NCBI GenBank assembly: GCA_943704425.1 | Contig: CALSCP010002574.1 | Location: 1-37,728 of the forward strand | DNA length: 37,728 bases | Source: Ministeria vibrans ATCC 50519 | Lineage: Eukaryota; Protista; Filasterea | Direction of reading: 5' to 3' | Shown here: in pieces, positions 1 through 15,221 of the stretch | Numbering within the stretch: the stretch's first letter is position 1 | How the letters are laid out: the number at the start of each line of letters is the position of its first letter | The notes under the pieces: generated by a model | What the model was told of the DNA's origin: nothing | What the model saw: only the letters and a program-made list of their open reading frames with translations | The model's database searches: none | Program-made: the position numbers and the translations under genes

Positions 1-44
<44 letters not shown>
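1..44. repeat. (GA)n microsatellite in MAGI intron
   Basis: Seen directly. Confidence 0.95.
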
Positions 45-47
<3 letters not shown>

Positions 48-147
48 GAGTGAAAGGGAAAAAGAAAGTGTACAGAGAGAAAAAAGAACGAGAGCAAAAA
101 CAATGCATGTCAGTCATGTGTACGAAAGGAGTGTTCTCCACGCTTAC

Positions 148-2751
148 CTTTGCGGATTGTGCCATGGCAGCAGATGCGGCAGCCTTCTCAGCGGCAACGT
201 CAGCAGCGGCCTTCTCCGAGGCGGCCTTGTCAGCAGCAGCCTTCTCAGCAGCAGCCTTGTCAGCAGCGGCCTTGTCAGCAGCAGCCTTCTCAGCAGCAGC
301 CTTGTCAGCAGCGGCCTTGTCAGCAGCGGCCTTGTCAGCAGCAGCCTTGTCAGCAGCAGCCTTGTCAGCGGCGGCCTTGTCAGCAGCAGCCTTGTCAGCA
401 GCAGCCTTGTCAGCAGCGGCCTTGTCAGCGGCAGCCTTCTCAGCAGCGGCCTTGTCAGCGGCGGCCTTGTCAGCAGCAGCCTTGTCAGCAGCGGCCTTGT
501 CAGCAGCAGCCTTGTCAGCAGCAGCCTTCTCGGCAGCAGCCTTGTCAGCCTCAGAGTCAACAGCAGCGGCCTCCACGACAGCCTTCTCCTCGACGGCCTT
601 CTCCTCGACAGCCTTCTCCTCGACGGCCTTCTCCTCGACGGCCTTCTCCTCGACGGCCTTCTCCTCGACGGCCTTCTCCTCGACGGCCTTCTCCTCGACG
701 GCCTTCTCCTCGACAGCGGCCTCAGCGACGACCGCCTCGTCAGCCTTCGCCTCAACAGCAACAACAACAGCGGCAGCGGCGGCGGCCGGTGCGGCCACAG
801 CAACGACTGTCGCGGGCACGGCAACAGGTTGAGCTTTGGGCTCGTTGGCGGCTTCCGCCTTGGCAGCGTCGGCGCGGGCATTCTCCACGGCGACATTCGC
901 GTTGGCTTCCTTGACAGCTTCTTCAGCGGCCGTGGCGGCGTCCTGGGCAGCCTTCGCCGCGGCCTCCTTGGCTACAATGGCCATCTGGAGCAACTCGGCA
1001 GCGTGTGCCTTGGCGTTGGCGGCATGCTTAGCGGCAACAAGTGAGCGGTCGTGTGCGCTCATGGGGGCAATGTACGACGGAGCAGTGGCGCCTGCGACGG
1101 AAGGGTTAACGGGCGTGGCGCCCACGCTGGCCTGGCGGGAAGCCTCGGCAGGGTGCACAAAAGTGCACTGTTGCGTAGAGTGGTCCATGTAGTAGGTGCC
1201 CACGTTGGGATCCTCGACACGCGTCCAGCCGTAAGGCAGACCATCCTTGGGGGAGGCGCGCGGATCCAGCCACTGTGTCTTCTTCGTGTTGTGGTTGATG
1301 TAGTAGACGATGCCCTCGGGGGTGCGCGCCTCTTGCCACCCCGGAGGCAGCGCACCCAGGGAGGCGGGAGCTGCGGCCGTGGCGCTGTTGCTGTTGGTGT
1401 TGTTGGCCGCCGGAGCGCTGTGGGCTGCGGCAGGAGGTGCTGCAGACACGGCGGCAGGTGCTGGAGACAGGGCGGCAGCCACAGAAGGACGCACTGGAAG
1501 TGACGCTTGCGCTGACGGAGCGGTGGCACCAGGCTTGAGCGTGCCGTAAAACTCACCCTTGAGCTCGCCGTGCTCCACAAAGCGACCCTCTTTAAGCATG
1601 GAGAGGAACACGTCGCGGGCCACAAAGTTGTAGTCGACGCCATTTTGTTCGTTCGGGCGCATTGCTCGTGTGGTAAAAGGCACTGAGTTTTGGTAAATGT
1701 TCATGCGCGCCTCCGTCTTGAGCTTGTGGTCAACACTGTTCTCGTCGTATTTGGTCACAAGAAGTTGACTCACACGGCGAGAGCCTGCAGCAAGAGCGAC
1801 AACGACGACAGGAGACGAGAAAAAGAAGAAGAAAAGTGAGGACAAATGGAGAGGAAGAACAACAACCCGTACCAGACTGGCCAGCGACTGGACGCCGGAT
1901 GGTCAGTTCCAGACGGCTTCCGGCCTGCTCGATGGCCTGCACCGCTTGCTGGTGGGTCGCCGCAAGGACTGTCTTGCCATTGATCTTTTGAATTTCATCG
2001 CCAGTCTGTGAAGATAAGAAGAAAAAAAATGAGTGGTGAGTTTTCCGCCCTGATCGTAATAAAGAAAAACCACGAAGAAACAGGGAACAGGAGAGGGTGT
2101 GCGGAGTCGAGGGTGCGTGTGCATGTGTGCACGCAGGAGTTGAGTCGACGTAAAAACTTTGAGCAAAGAAAAAAAAAAGCGCAAAGTTTGCAATCCAACG
2201 AGGAGGAAACGGAGCATCGCTGGACTGGTGGGGGCGCGGGGCTACGGCGGGGCGGGGCGCGCGGAGCGGGCTAGGGCTGCTCCGCCGCGGAGTGCAGGCG
2301 GTGTGGGGTGCGCTATGGCCTTTTTTGTGCTGAGGGAGTTTGCAAAATGGCAGTGCAAACGGTTGTGGACGCACTCTGCTGCTCTTGGCGCGTCGGTGCA
2401 AGCCATGCAGTGCGATGGATGCAATCACCGGAGAACCCACTACTCTCCCGCTTCACTCTCAGTCTCTGTCGATCCTTTTTTTTTTTTTTTTTTTTTTGGA
2501 ATTCAAAAAAAAACGCGAAAGGACGTGATTGTAACGATAAAGACGGGGGAGGAGGTGGGGATCGAGGGTCGTACTCGGAGGAGGCCAGACTGGGCCGCGG
2601 CGCCGCCGTCGATGATTTTGGAGATGGAGATGGTCAGGTCACTCTCGATGCCACCGAGGATCATGAAGCCAAAGCGGCCCGTCGACTGCTTGTCCAGCAC
2701 AATGTCGAGGTACTCGTTCTGATCGCGACCTTTCGTATCACTAGAAGACAT
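148..2751 (-). CDS. MAGI: MAGI-like MAGUK (PDZ - partial guanylate kinase - WW - WW - Ala/Lys/Glu-rich repeat); 3' part continues beyond window start
   Basis: Exons ~2751-2575, 2005-1873 and 1784-148 with GT-AG junctions. PDZ ([10 protein letters not shown]...GDEIQKING), GuK-like [22 protein letters not shown]...GVDYNF...GEFYGT, WW1 [32 protein letters not shown]2 [30 protein letters not shown]. The PDZ0-GuK-WW-WW order is characteristic of MAGI. Confidence 0.85.
174..725 (-). repeat. Coding 15-bp tandem repeats: (ADKAA)n and (VEEKA)n within the MAGI-like exon
   Basis: + strand units GCAGCCTTGTCAGCA and GCCTTCTCCTCGACG repeated in tandem. Confidence 0.9.
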
Positions 2752-2979
2752 GATGTTTAAATTATAGTAAAATTGTTAATTGTTACTGATTCTGCTTATT
2801 CACTTCATAGTGTGTGCTTATTCTGCTTATTCTGTACCTACCCAAGAAATAGAACCGAAAAGAAAAAGCAAACAATTTGTTGATTACTCGTCGTACAATG
2901 ACTCATTGACGACACTGACTACTGAGTGGGCATTGGGCAATAAGGGATCAATATGTCAATATTGTTTGGAACTGTATTA

Positions 2980-3614
2980 TTACAACCCTTGTTTGAGGTA
3001 CAAGGAGTACAGAGAGTCGAGGAGAGCGTCGTCCGAGGTGAGTTTTGCAATGAGATGGTCACGCAGCTGCAAGCGAGTCAGCTTCTGTGTCACCCAATTG
3101 GAAGGGCGGGGTTTCTTCAAGAGATCGGCAGGGGAGAGGAGAAGCGCCGGAGCGGGTTTGCGAGTGCGCGGTGGAGTTTTGGGGCTGCCGGCGGGCGGAG
3201 AAGACTGTCCTGTGCTGGCCAAAGTTGGACAGTCGGGTCGTGAGATAGCTGCCTGCAGCAGCGCAAGAATGTCGGGAGCTGCAGTGGTCGCAACGGACGC
3301 AGTTGAAGTGGTAGTGTTACTGCTGCTGAGGATGGAACCTTTGGTGGCATTGATGATGGCCGGGTCTTGCAACGACGGCGACACAGGCTCGAGTGGGGTG
3401 GAGGGAGCACTTGCTTTGACGGTGGCGCGTTGAAAGAGCTGATCGAGCAGAGGCACCGCGGTAGCAGGAGTAGTGGTAGTAGTAGTGGTGGTGGTGATGG
3501 TTGTGGTGTCGGTGGGTGTCAGACTCTCTTCAGGTACCCTCTGTTGTAGCATTGCCAGCAGACCTGCACCAGAAGTTTCCGTGGGATTCTCGGCCGGAAG
3601 GTCCAATAGTCTAC

Positions 3615-3708
<94 letters not shown>

Positions 3709-4372
3709 GGAGAAGAAACAAAGTGATAGAGAGAGAGAGAGAGAGAGGGTCAGTGCCAAGCCTAACCCTAACCCACCACCACCGCCGCTACTGCACATTT
3801 CTTACCTGATAATTTCATCACCAATCGTGTGAAGATCATCCTTTTGGTAAAACCAAACACCAAACACTTGACCTGGACGAAAAATAGAATATGAATAATA
3901 TGTTAAAACGTTTTGATATGCTTTTTAAACAATTTTGCTCTCGGACGAACACAACAAACATACCAGCACTTACCGGCACTGTTACGATAAAGCAAGTAGG
4001 GCTCTTGCACCTGGATGCTCATGTCTTTGGTGATAAACTCGCACACGTTGATCGTGCTGAGGCGGTTCATGAGGAAGAAGCCAAAGCGCGGAACACATCC
4101 GTGCGACCGTTCAAACAGGAAGAGCGTTCCCTCCACGTCCCGCCGACGCCAATTTGTAGTGGCCTCGTCAAAGATATACATGGTTACATGGCCAGCCGTG
4201 CGAATGATCCGCGAGATGGTTGCGTCATGTCGCTGGAGCGCCTGCAGATTCATCGACGCAATGTCCTGTTTGGTTGGGTGGAGCGAGAGGCGTTAGATCG
4301 TCGAGGGGTCAGTTGAAGCTTGTGGGTGAGTGTGCAGAAAGACATCGGACGCACAAAGACACATACCGTCAT
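2980..4372 (-). CDS. DCP1: mRNA-decapping enzyme subunit DCP1 (EVH1 domain plus C-terminal trimerization helix)
   Basis: Exons 4372-4367 (tentative), 4265-3974, 3872-3806 and 3610-2980. MNLQALQRHD...WRRRDVEGTLFL...FFLMNRLS...QEPYLLYRN...GVWFY; C-terminus LTRLQLRDHLIAKLTSDDALLDSLYSLY. Confidence 0.92.
3618..3748. repeat. (GA)n microsatellite in DCP1 intron
   Basis: Seen directly. Confidence 0.95.
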
Positions 4373-4465
4373 ATTGCTGTGATATTCCTGCAGATTTAAG
4401 AAATGTGTTCAACGTTACAAAATAAAATGAGTAATGACTTAAAATCAATTCATTTCGCACAAGTC

Positions 4466-5333
4466 ATGTTTAAAAAGTACGCAAGTTATACGAGACACTG
4501 AGATTGGAGATACTGATAGATAATTGATTTATATTACGACGTCTTATTGTTTGTTTTTTGTTTTTTGGGGGGAGAGTAGATTTTCATCGGAGGATGTTGG
4601 TTCATTGACTCAAACCAAGTCGTCAGCACAGCGAGGCATCCGTAGCAAGATCTCGTCGTTGTACCCTGCACTCGAAGAACACATAGAGGATGTCTTTCCG
4701 AAGTCGTCGCCAATCTTCATGGCGAAATCGTACGAAAACGAATAATCAATGTGCTGCGCGTTTAAAGAGCTCCAACGGACACCTGTCTGACGTGCTGTTG
4801 CGTTGTTGTTGCATAGGGGCCCTTACATGTCGATTATTGTGGTTGACAACGAGCCGCTGTTCTTCCAGGAGCGCGACAGTGATCCCATCCCGACCCTGCG
4901 TCTCCTGCACAAGTGTACGCCCAACTGCGAATGCGCTTGCCACGACTCATGCTTGCTCTCTCCTCCATCAATAGACCCCACGATGTTACTACAGCAACAG
5001 GTGGACAAGGGTGCTATTCCTTTTGTCATGAGCGGCGCCAACATTATGTGTCCTGGTCTGACACATCCCAATGCGCGTCTGGTCGACGCCGACGAAGACA
5101 CCCTTGTTGCTGTCATGTGTGAAGGCAAGGAACACGCCATTGCCATTGGGCGCATGGCCATGTCCGCCGACAACATGTAAGCCCCCTTCTCGTTTTCTCC
5201 CCTCCCCTGCCATGGTCAACAAGTATCCCCTGATGTCTGCTTTTTGTGTAGTCGCTCAAAGAACAAGGGAGTTGGTGTAACGACTCTGCACGTGCTGCTC
5301 GACGGACTCTGGCAGATGCCTACTGTCGGCTAA
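4466..5333 (+). CDS. MCTS1: MCT-1/Tma20 translation re-initiation factor (pre-PUA plus PUA domain)
   Basis: Spliced MFKK|FSSEDVG...KSSAQRGIRSKI...PTLRLLHK...QVDKGAIPFVMSGANIMCPGLT...MCEGKEHAIAIG...DGLW; stop at 5331-5333. Confidence 0.93.
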
Positions 5334-5407
5334 TGTCCTCTATCCACGACGGGTCTTGTTTTCATATTAAAAAGCGAAAAGAAGAATTTGTACACTTGGT
5401 TTCGACT

Positions 5408-10198
<4,791 letters not shown>

Positions 10199-10444
10199 GA
10201 ATCAAACAAATTACAAAAGCAGTGATGAGTCATGACTCATGAGTGAACAGTCAGACAGTCAACACTCAAGAGTGAGCAGTGAAAAGCAGAATTGAAGTGC
10301 AAAAATATGATTAATGATACAAATATTGAGATCACAGGCGTCACAGCACCAAATTTGGACTGCAAAGTGAAGAACCGCGGATGAGACGCGAGCTCGATTA
10401 AAAAAAAACTTTCATCCTTGTTTGTACAATACAGAGGCAAATAA

Positions 10445-12010
10445 CTACTTTGAGGCTGTGGCAGCCATATCGTCGAAGCTAAGGGGTACCAGATCGTCGT
10501 CCTCGTCGTCGATGCGAACAACGCCTCGTGAACGATGCGAATTGCGCTCGACAAGTTCGCCCGAACGACCGGCAAAGCGACCGGAGAGTACCACGACCCG
10601 CTCGCCTGTGCGCTTTGGCACCACTGTCTCCAACATGTCCTCGGCCACGCGCTCCAGCAATCGTCCCTCATCGTCACGACACAGGCACTCGCCGGGCGCA
10701 GTGACGTCAACCACATCAACCTTATGGTTGTAGTACGCTCCACGCGCAAACGACTTGCTCACAATGCGCACCCGAATGCCTTGCGTCAGCCAATGCCGAT
10801 GGCTTCGTCCACTGCTCTTGCTGCTGCTTCTACTATTAGTACCGCTCCCCTCAATGCTCGTCGCGGTGCGTCCTCGGGTCTTGTACTCTTGCTGCGACAC
10901 GGCACTCACATCGCTCAGAGGGACGTCCACGCGATGCCCGCCCAGCGCCAGCTTGAGCGTCACGCGCCCAATAGCCTCGCTCATCGATACCACTCGCCCG
11001 TACAGCCCCTCGTGCACGCCACGCCGGATCAGGCACGGCCCATCTTCCCGCACATCCATGCGTTCCGCCGCTACCAATGACTCATCAATGTCAACACGAT
11101 GGCGCACTCGCCCGTCCTCTCGCACCGCCGCCACCATCACTTCCTTGCGCTTGCGCGACTCGCCTGAACGCACCGCTCGTTTCCGTTTGCCCTCGTCTCC
11201 AGCGCCCGGAGGAGGCGGTGCCTTGGCCGTCGCGCCCAGCCCTCTTCGATCGAATCGCGGAACAAACTGCGTTGGCGTCGCCAGTCCCTTGTTCACACCA
11301 CCGATTGCTTCGCCCTTTTGCCACCCCATACCACGCAGCATCGCCTCGCCAAATTGCGCAATGGGCGTGCGCGAGTAGTCTTCCAACGACGACTCGACCG
11401 GTCGCTGTTCAATGTCAATTTTCAACTTGGTCGCCTCATCAAGTGCCTCCGACTCGGTGCCGGGCGCACGATTGCGCAGCAACAAGGGAATCTTGTCCAC
11501 GGCCGCCGTAGATCCATGGACGGCGCCCGACTCTCCCTCCTCATCTCCCACCAGCGTTGCGCCTTGTTCTCTTCGAGCGGCCGCTCGCTCAAGCTCACGC
11601 ATGGCTTCTTCCTCAATCGAGGGAGTCGTGTGCTTCGCATCTTCCCCTGTCGTAGCAGAAACAACAGTGCTGCTGTCGGGCGCATGGGCGCTTGGAGGCG
11701 TATCTGTTGGGGCCGTGCCATCGTCGTGGGCCGTCGGGTACCATTGGACGCGACGTTGCAGCGGAATCACCAATGTTGCATCGTCGCCACGACGCTTCTT
11801 GCTTGCGGGTTCCCCATCGCCAAAATGCGTTAACAGCGTTCCCATGCTGGCCCCTTGTCCACGGCCGGCGCCGTCGTCCTCGTCGTTGTCGTCGTCGTTG
11901 CCAAATGCCTTTCGTTTTGTCGCCGTTGTCGTTGTGGTTGCATTCGTCGCGGAGGACGACAGCTTAAACGAGATACCCGAAGCGGCAAGCCCAGCGTCAC
12001 TCGTTGCCAT
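10445..12010 (-). CDS. GPKOW: G-patch and KOW domain protein (Spp2/MOS2/GPKOW splicing factor)
   Basis: SSLEDYSRTPIAQFGEAMLRGMGW...GLGA G-patch; KOW repeats and HWLTQGIRVRIVSK...LETVVPK. Confidence 0.9.
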   Translation of the reverse strand: MATSDAGLAASGISFKLSSSATNATTTTTATKRKAFGNDDDNDEDDGAGRGQGASMGTLLTHFGDGEPASKKRRGDDATLVIPLQRRVQWYPTAHDDGTAPTDTPPSAHAPDSSTVVSATTGEDAKHTTPSIEEEAMRELERAAARREQGATLVGDEEGESGAVHGSTAAVDKIPLLLRNRAPGTESEALDEATKLKIDIEQRPVESSLEDYSRTPIAQFGEAMLRGMGWQKGEAIGGVNKGLATPTQFVPRFDRRGLGATAKAPPPPGAGDEGKRKRAVRSGESRKRKEVMVAAVREDGRVRHRVDIDESLVAAERMDVREDGPCLIRRGVHEGLYGRVVSMSEAIGRVTLKLALGGHRVDVPLSDVSAVSQQEYKTRGRTATSIEGSGTNSRSSSKSSGRSHRHWLTQGIRVRIVSKSFARGAYYNHKVDVVDVTAPGECLCRDDEGRLLERVAEDMLETVVPKRTGERVVVLSGRFAGRSGELVERNSHRSRGVVRIDDEDDDLVPLSFDDMAATASK

Positions 12011-12114
12011 TACAAACCCGACGTGAGAGCAAAAACTGTGAAACTCAAAAGTATTGTTTTTTGAAATTTGAATATCAATTATCAATCACTCGTTTGTCCA
12101 CACTCACGGTGAAC

Positions 12115-14880
12115 ATGGCAGAACCGACGGCGAAACGTCCTCGTCATGTCTATGACGACGCTCAACTCCAGGACCAACTCACTGCCGATCTATTGAGCGG
12201 CATCGATTTGAGACTGCTGACGGACGATGTGGGCACGGAGAGAAGCGAACCACCAGACAAGGCAGACTTTGACGACAACGACAACGACGACGAGCACGAG
12301 GACTCGGGGGTTCACCAGGCACACGATGTCGTGGCTCGGCGACAGACGGACGCTCTCCGACAAGAGGAACAGCATCACGAAGAACAGTCGGCGGCCATCG
12401 CAGCGGGAACGAGACAAGGATTTGGAACAATGCTGGCCAGCACTCAGGCCCTCGCTACGCCCACGCCCGGGACCGCGAGCGTCTCGCCTGCGCCGCGCCA
12501 TCGCACTTCCATGCTGGCGGTGGCAACAGCGGCGTCGGCTCGGCTGAAGTCGGTGTCCGCAGGCGCAAGGAAACGCGCAGTCGACGGCGAGGGAAAGACA
12601 ACACACGGCGACAGGTCGACCAACTCGACGTCGCTCAGTGTCGTTGCGGAGCGAGCAGCCACCCAGGCCGACGAGGTTGCGGGCCTACTCGAACAACTGA
12701 AGCAGATGCAACGAGAAGCGGCATCGCGCGCCAAGAAGTTCGCCGAGATGGAAGCCATGTACCTCGCGAAGTACGGCGAAGCGCACAACCTGCGCGACAA
12801 TCTCATTAAAAAAACAGCCGAAATGGATAGCCTTTTGACGGAGAGGCAGCTCTTGAAGAAACAATGTGAAATGGCGCGCGAAGACCTCAAGAAGAAAGAG
12901 AAACAACACCGCGAACAGGAGTCCACCAAACAACTGTTCAAGCAACACAACGACCAGCAATCACAACAACGCTACCAGCAACAGCAGCAACAACGTCAGT
13001 CACCCTCACCCCACACCACACCAACACACGCAGGCGCACCTGTACCGCCAACAACCACATCCACAACAACGCCACCAATCGGTACAGCTGCACCACTGTC
13101 GTCGACCTCCTCCTCCTCGTGTGGACTCTCCGTCGTGCGCGGCCGCAAGTCTACACCTCCCTCCCGCACCAATGCCCGTGGATCGTCCGCCTCCCGCCCT
13201 CGCACCCTGCCTCCACCTCCTTCGCCTCTTCAGCCGCACCACCAACACCAACACGATCAACAACCACACCAACTACAACAACAAGACCAGAGTGCGGTGG
13301 CGCCTCCTCTTCCGCGCACCGTTGAACGGGCAACGTCCACCAGTGCCCTCTCGGGAACCAGCCACACTGCTGATACGCCTATTGCATCCGTATCTGCCCC
13401 TACAGCGATAGATCCTAGCGCCAATCGCCTACGGCCTTTTCCCAGCGCGTTAGGGTCGTTGCACATCCTTGGCGAACTGCAGTTGACAAGTCAAGAGCAG
13501 GTTCACCTGAACGGAAACCGATGGAGCACTCGTGAGATTGCCTGTGCCTCAACGCTGCGCGCGCAAGTATGTTCGTTGGTGAGCAGTACGCTGGCGGAGC
13601 CCACCATTGACGCGGGCGCAGTGGTGTCGCTCGCCCAGTGCATCAGCCACGCAGTACACGACGCCGCCTCGAGCGACCTGCTCCTCTGCCACGCCGTCGC
13701 CATTCTTACTGCCGCCACGTCGCTCTCGTCCGCCGTCGCCAATACTCTCTTGACGACAACGACCCCCGAGCCCAGTACTGCCCCTCTTGCCCCCCCGATT
13801 CGCCTTTTCACCTCTCGCTCACAGCGGCCCGAGCGCGCATCACTCGTTTCGGCACACTCGACGGCTGGTGCATCGTCATCGTTGGCGTCGTCGTCTCTTG
13901 GTGCGGGCCACTCAGGTGCGCCTCCATCGCCCTCGTTGCACGCGGACGAGGAGGAGTCGGTTGTGGCCGGTCGCGGCGGAGAGTTGCTGGTGCTTCTCAT
14001 TTCGAAGGCGTGTGCACAGTGCTTGTCCTGTGACGCGGCGGATGCGCTGCCTCCACTGTGTACGCTTGTATTGCGACTCGTGCGCTCGGTGGCCCAAATG
14101 GCCAGCGAGCCGCTTCCCGCGACCCTCGTACAGTCGCTTGTGGCCGATAACGCCCGTCTGCTCGTGCGTGCGCTCCGCAGTCCCTCAGACCAGAATGGCG
14201 CTCAGACGGTATCGGACGCCTTACGTATTGTGTACTGTTTTGCGTACAGTGCATCACCTGAGGCGCTGGCGGTGTTATGCAAGGGTGCCCCGCCACAGGC
14301 AGCGTCTCTCGTGGGACTTTTCTCGCGCGCTCACTCGCGTGCAATGGGGCGCGAGGTGTCGCGTGCCGGCAGCACCACCGTAATGGCAGGTGGTGTGCCA
14401 GGCGAGCACAGCGCAGCCCCAGTCCCTTGTTTGTTTGATGCGATCACGGAGTGCCTGCAGCGTCACGTGGGCTCGGTAAGGGTCTTGCGGGCCGCGCTGG
14501 ACCTGCTAACTGTCGTCCACGAGCGCACACATAGCCAGGCGGTGCTGCTGCGTCGACGACGCTGGACGTGTGGTTGTGTTGCGCGTGCCAGTGAGCGTGT
14601 TCTGACCCTAGTCGATGCGCTTCTCCCACGCTCTGGAGTTGATGTGCTTGTGGGTGACCGCCTCTTACTTTGCCACAGTGCGCTCTACTGGCTCCAGCTC
14701 GAGCTAGACCCTTCACTCACACGTCTACTTGCCACTTCTCATCGCTCAGCACTTGTCTACATGACGTCACTTTTCTACCGAGCTCGCCACTGGATCAAAG
14801 ACCCCGGGCTCACCGAGCTGCTTGAGCGGGTCGTGCCTACTGACGAGGAGGTCTGCTCCGACGACGAGGGCGACGAATGA
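12115..14880 (+). CDS. Probable ATR-interacting protein (ATRIP/Rad26-like)
   Basis: N-terminal PTAKRPR and LTADLLSGID resemble the ATRIP acidic RPA-binding motif. Coiled coil AKYGEAHNLRDNL...KQLFKQH resembles KNGEIKILRDSL...ELQFK. Helical-repeat-like C-terminus. Confidence 0.6.
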   Translation: MAEPTAKRPRHVYDDAQLQDQLTADLLSGIDLRLLTDDVGTERSEPPDKADFDDNDNDDEHEDSGVHQAHDVVARRQTDALRQEEQHHEEQSAAIAAGTRQGFGTMLASTQALATPTPGTASVSPAPRHRTSMLAVATAASARLKSVSAGARKRAVDGEGKTTHGDRSTNSTSLSVVAERAATQADEVAGLLEQLKQMQREAASRAKKFAEMEAMYLAKYGEAHNLRDNLIKKTAEMDSLLTERQLLKKQCEMAREDLKKKEKQHREQESTKQLFKQHNDQQSQQRYQQQQQQRQSPSPHTTPTHAGAPVPPTTTSTTTPPIGTAAPLSSTSSSSCGLSVVRGRKSTPPSRTNARGSSASRPRTLPPPPSPLQPHHQHQHDQQPHQLQQQDQSAVAPPLPRTVERATSTSALSGTSHTADTPIASVSAPTAIDPSANRLRPFPSALGSLHILGELQLTSQEQVHLNGNRWSTREIACASTLRAQVCSLVSSTLAEPTIDAGAVVSLAQCISHAVHDAASSDLLLCHAVAILTAATSLSSAVANTLLTTTTPEPSTAPLAPPIRLFTSRSQRPERASLVSAHSTAGASSSLASSSLGAGHSGAPPSPSLHADEEESVVAGRGGELLVLLISKACAQCLSCDAADALPPLCTLVLRLVRSVAQMASEPLPATLVQSLVADNARLLVRALRSPSDQNGAQTVSDALRIVYCFAYSASPEALAVLCKGAPPQAASLVGLFSRAHSRAMGREVSRAGSTTVMAGGVPGEHSAAPVPCLFDAITECLQRHVGSVRVLRAALDLLTVVHERTHSQAVLLRRRRWTCGCVARASERVLTLVDALLPRSGVDVLVGDRLLLCHSALYWLQLELDPSLTRLLATSHRSALVYMTSLFYRARHWIKDPGLTELLERVVPTDEEVCSDDEGDE

Positions 14881-15221
14881 GTTAACAATATATAATAAAC
14901 CGACGCTGCTGTGTAGCTTAAAAGGTGGTTTTATTGACTTATGAGTCATGACTGACTTCTCTCAATTCGGAGTTGCTTGTGTGGTTGTTTTTGTTTGTGA
15001 TTGATGATACGAATAGTATTATTTTTTTATTGTGTTCCTTATTCCCTTGATCTACTAATGAAATAACTTATTATAATTTAGTCTCCCCTCGATTGACTCT
15101 ACTCCTCCTTTGGTCCAGGGCTAGAGTGGAGAACTGGAGACACGCCGTTTGTTTCTGTCCTTAGATGCTAAGAGTGCTCACACGAGTGCCAGTAACGAAG
15201 GTCTCGATCCAACAGTGCCTT

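Noticed and set aside
50-1192. Long + strand Ala/Ser-, Gln- or Leu/Ser-rich ORFs
   Set aside because: Antisense or alternative-frame shadows of the 15-bp repeat exon of the MAGI-like gene.
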